A stretch of 64,000 nucleotides of DNA from an uncultured Planctomycetota bacterium (GTDB taxonomy: Bacteria; Planctomycetota; Planctomycetia; Pirellulales; Lacipirellulaceae): positions 448,001-512,000 of the forward strand of contig CAVRBU010000004.1 of NCBI GenBank assembly GCA_963719315.1. Reading direction: 5' to 3'. The notes below the pieces were generated by a model. The model worked only from the letters and a program-made list of their open reading frames with translations. It had not been told where the DNA came from and did no database searches. The position numbers were made by a program, and so were the translations under genes. This document shows positions 62,614-64,000 of this stretch, one piece after another. Within the stretch, counting starts at the first letter, position 1; every line of letters begins with the position of its first letter.

Positions 62614-63800
62614 ATGAAATCGTCGAGCCTACCACGCGTTGTCTGGCTGCTAGGGCTCGTGAGCCTGTGCATGGACCTCTCCTCCGAGATGATCCATGCG
62701 CTGTTGCCGGTGTTTCTCGTTTCGACGCTGGGCGCGAGTACGCTGACGCTGGGATTGATCGAAGGCGTAGCCGAGGGGACGGCCTCGATCGCGAAGATCT
62801 TTTCGGGCGCGCTCAGCGATCGGATCGGTCGGCGAAAGCCGCTGGTGTTGTTTGGTTACGGCTTGGCCGCGCTGTCGAAGCCGCTATTTCCGCTGGCCAA
62901 TTCCGCCGGATGGGTGTTGTTCGCGCGTTTCGCGGACCGCATCGGCAAGGGAATTCGCGGCGCACCGCGCGACGCGCTCATCACGGATGCCACGTCGCCG
63001 GAGACGCGCGGCGCCGCTTTCGGGCTGCGACAGGCGCTCGATACGGCCGGCGCGTTGCTGGGGCCGGTCGTTGCCATCGGGTTGATGAGCGCGCTGGCCG
63101 GGAACGTGCGATACGTATTCTGGGTTGCCGTCGTGCCGGCATTCATTGCGGTGATAGCGCTGGCTTTCGGCGTGGACGAACCGGAGCGGCACGTCGCCAA
63201 GCGGAATGGCGCCGGCTGCCGACCTGGCACGATGCGCGGGCGCTGGGGCGTCCGTATTGGATGGTCGTGGCCATTGGAACTTTGTTCACGCTGGCTCGGT
63301 TCAGCGAAGCGTTTCTCGTGGTGCGGGCGCACGACGCGGGGCTGTCCTGGACGTGGACGCCGTTGGCGCTAGCAGTGATGAATGTCACGTATGTGATCTC
63401 GGCTTACCCGGCCGGGCGATTATCGGACCGCATCGGACGCAAGGGTCTGATGCTCATCGGCATGGGCGTGCTAATCGTGGCAGACATCGTGCTCATCACG
63501 ATGACCAGTGTGAGCGGCGTCTTGTTGGGCATCGCGTTGTGGGGGCTGCACTTGGGCCTGACGCAAGGGTTGCTCTCGGCGCTCGTGGCCGACACCGCGC
63601 CGGCGGACCTCCGCGGTTCGGCGTTCGGCGTGTTCTATTTCGTGACGGGCATTGCCGCCGTCGTCTCGAGCCTGGTGGCCGGCGGTCTGTGGGAATGGCG
63701 CGGGCCGGGGCTCACGTTTGGCGTGGGCGCCGCGTTTGCGGCCGTGTCGATCGTGGCGATGTCGGCGCAACGCGCACGCAACGCGAAAAGCACGTCGTAA
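62614..63800 (+). CDS. MFS transporter (frameshift near 63210)
   Basis: VSLCMDLSSEMIH, SDRIGRRK twice, DRIGKGIRGAPRDAL, LRGSAFG. Confidence 0.85.
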
Positions 63801-64000
63801 TTCACCGGAAGGTTGACGGTGTGATTCGGGCCGATTAGGCTGGCCGCAGTGGGCCGATGTCCTCAGTGGTTGCCGTATGCTGCACACTTTTGGCGATATT
63901 TTGGCAACGAAATCGCTGCGACGGCGTTCGCTGAGCGCCGCGCTGCTGGCGGCATATATCACGACGGCGGCTGGCGTTCCGCTGCCATCCGGAGCTAAGC

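Noticed and set aside
63801..64000. Coding feature at the right edge
   Set aside because: No recognisable ORF or motif that I can support.

Overview
High-GC bacterial DNA, most likely from a planctomycete (Pirellulales/Lacipirellula-like). This is inferred from the dockerin-like 'GDYNxxGVVDAADYVxWR' + PEP-CTERM proteins, the sulfatase and the palindromic repeat families. About 15 single-base frameshifts in otherwise intact genes suggest a long-read assembly with indel errors. 0.6-40.4 kb holds 12 secreted PEP-CTERM genes or remnants (beta-strand-repeat adhesin-like proteins, an M10 peptidase, a coupled GH18+GH25 pair and a PE_PGRS-like Gly-rich protein), a sulfatase, an intact IS4 element with a 9-bp target duplication, an NlpC/P60-like protein and a ~2200-aa membrane protein. 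The right half holds a BNR-repeat protein, a DUF1460 amidase, a coupled DUF3326 / PLP basic-amino-acid decarboxylase / putrescine-hydroxylase-like Rieske operon, an FAH-family gene whose duplicated 3' end brackets an RND efflux cassette, a nested MITE, a KAS-II paralogue lacking the catalytic Cys, a CsbD/DUF883-type stress operon, DUF190-crcB and an MFS transporter. Best novelty candidates: (1) the DUF3326 polyamine-type operon; (2) intergenic palindromic repeats translated in frame inside proteins; (3) the integrase-less RND island; (4) tail shuffling and a possible attenuator in the PEP-CTERM array. Family assignments come from motif recognition only; no searches were run.
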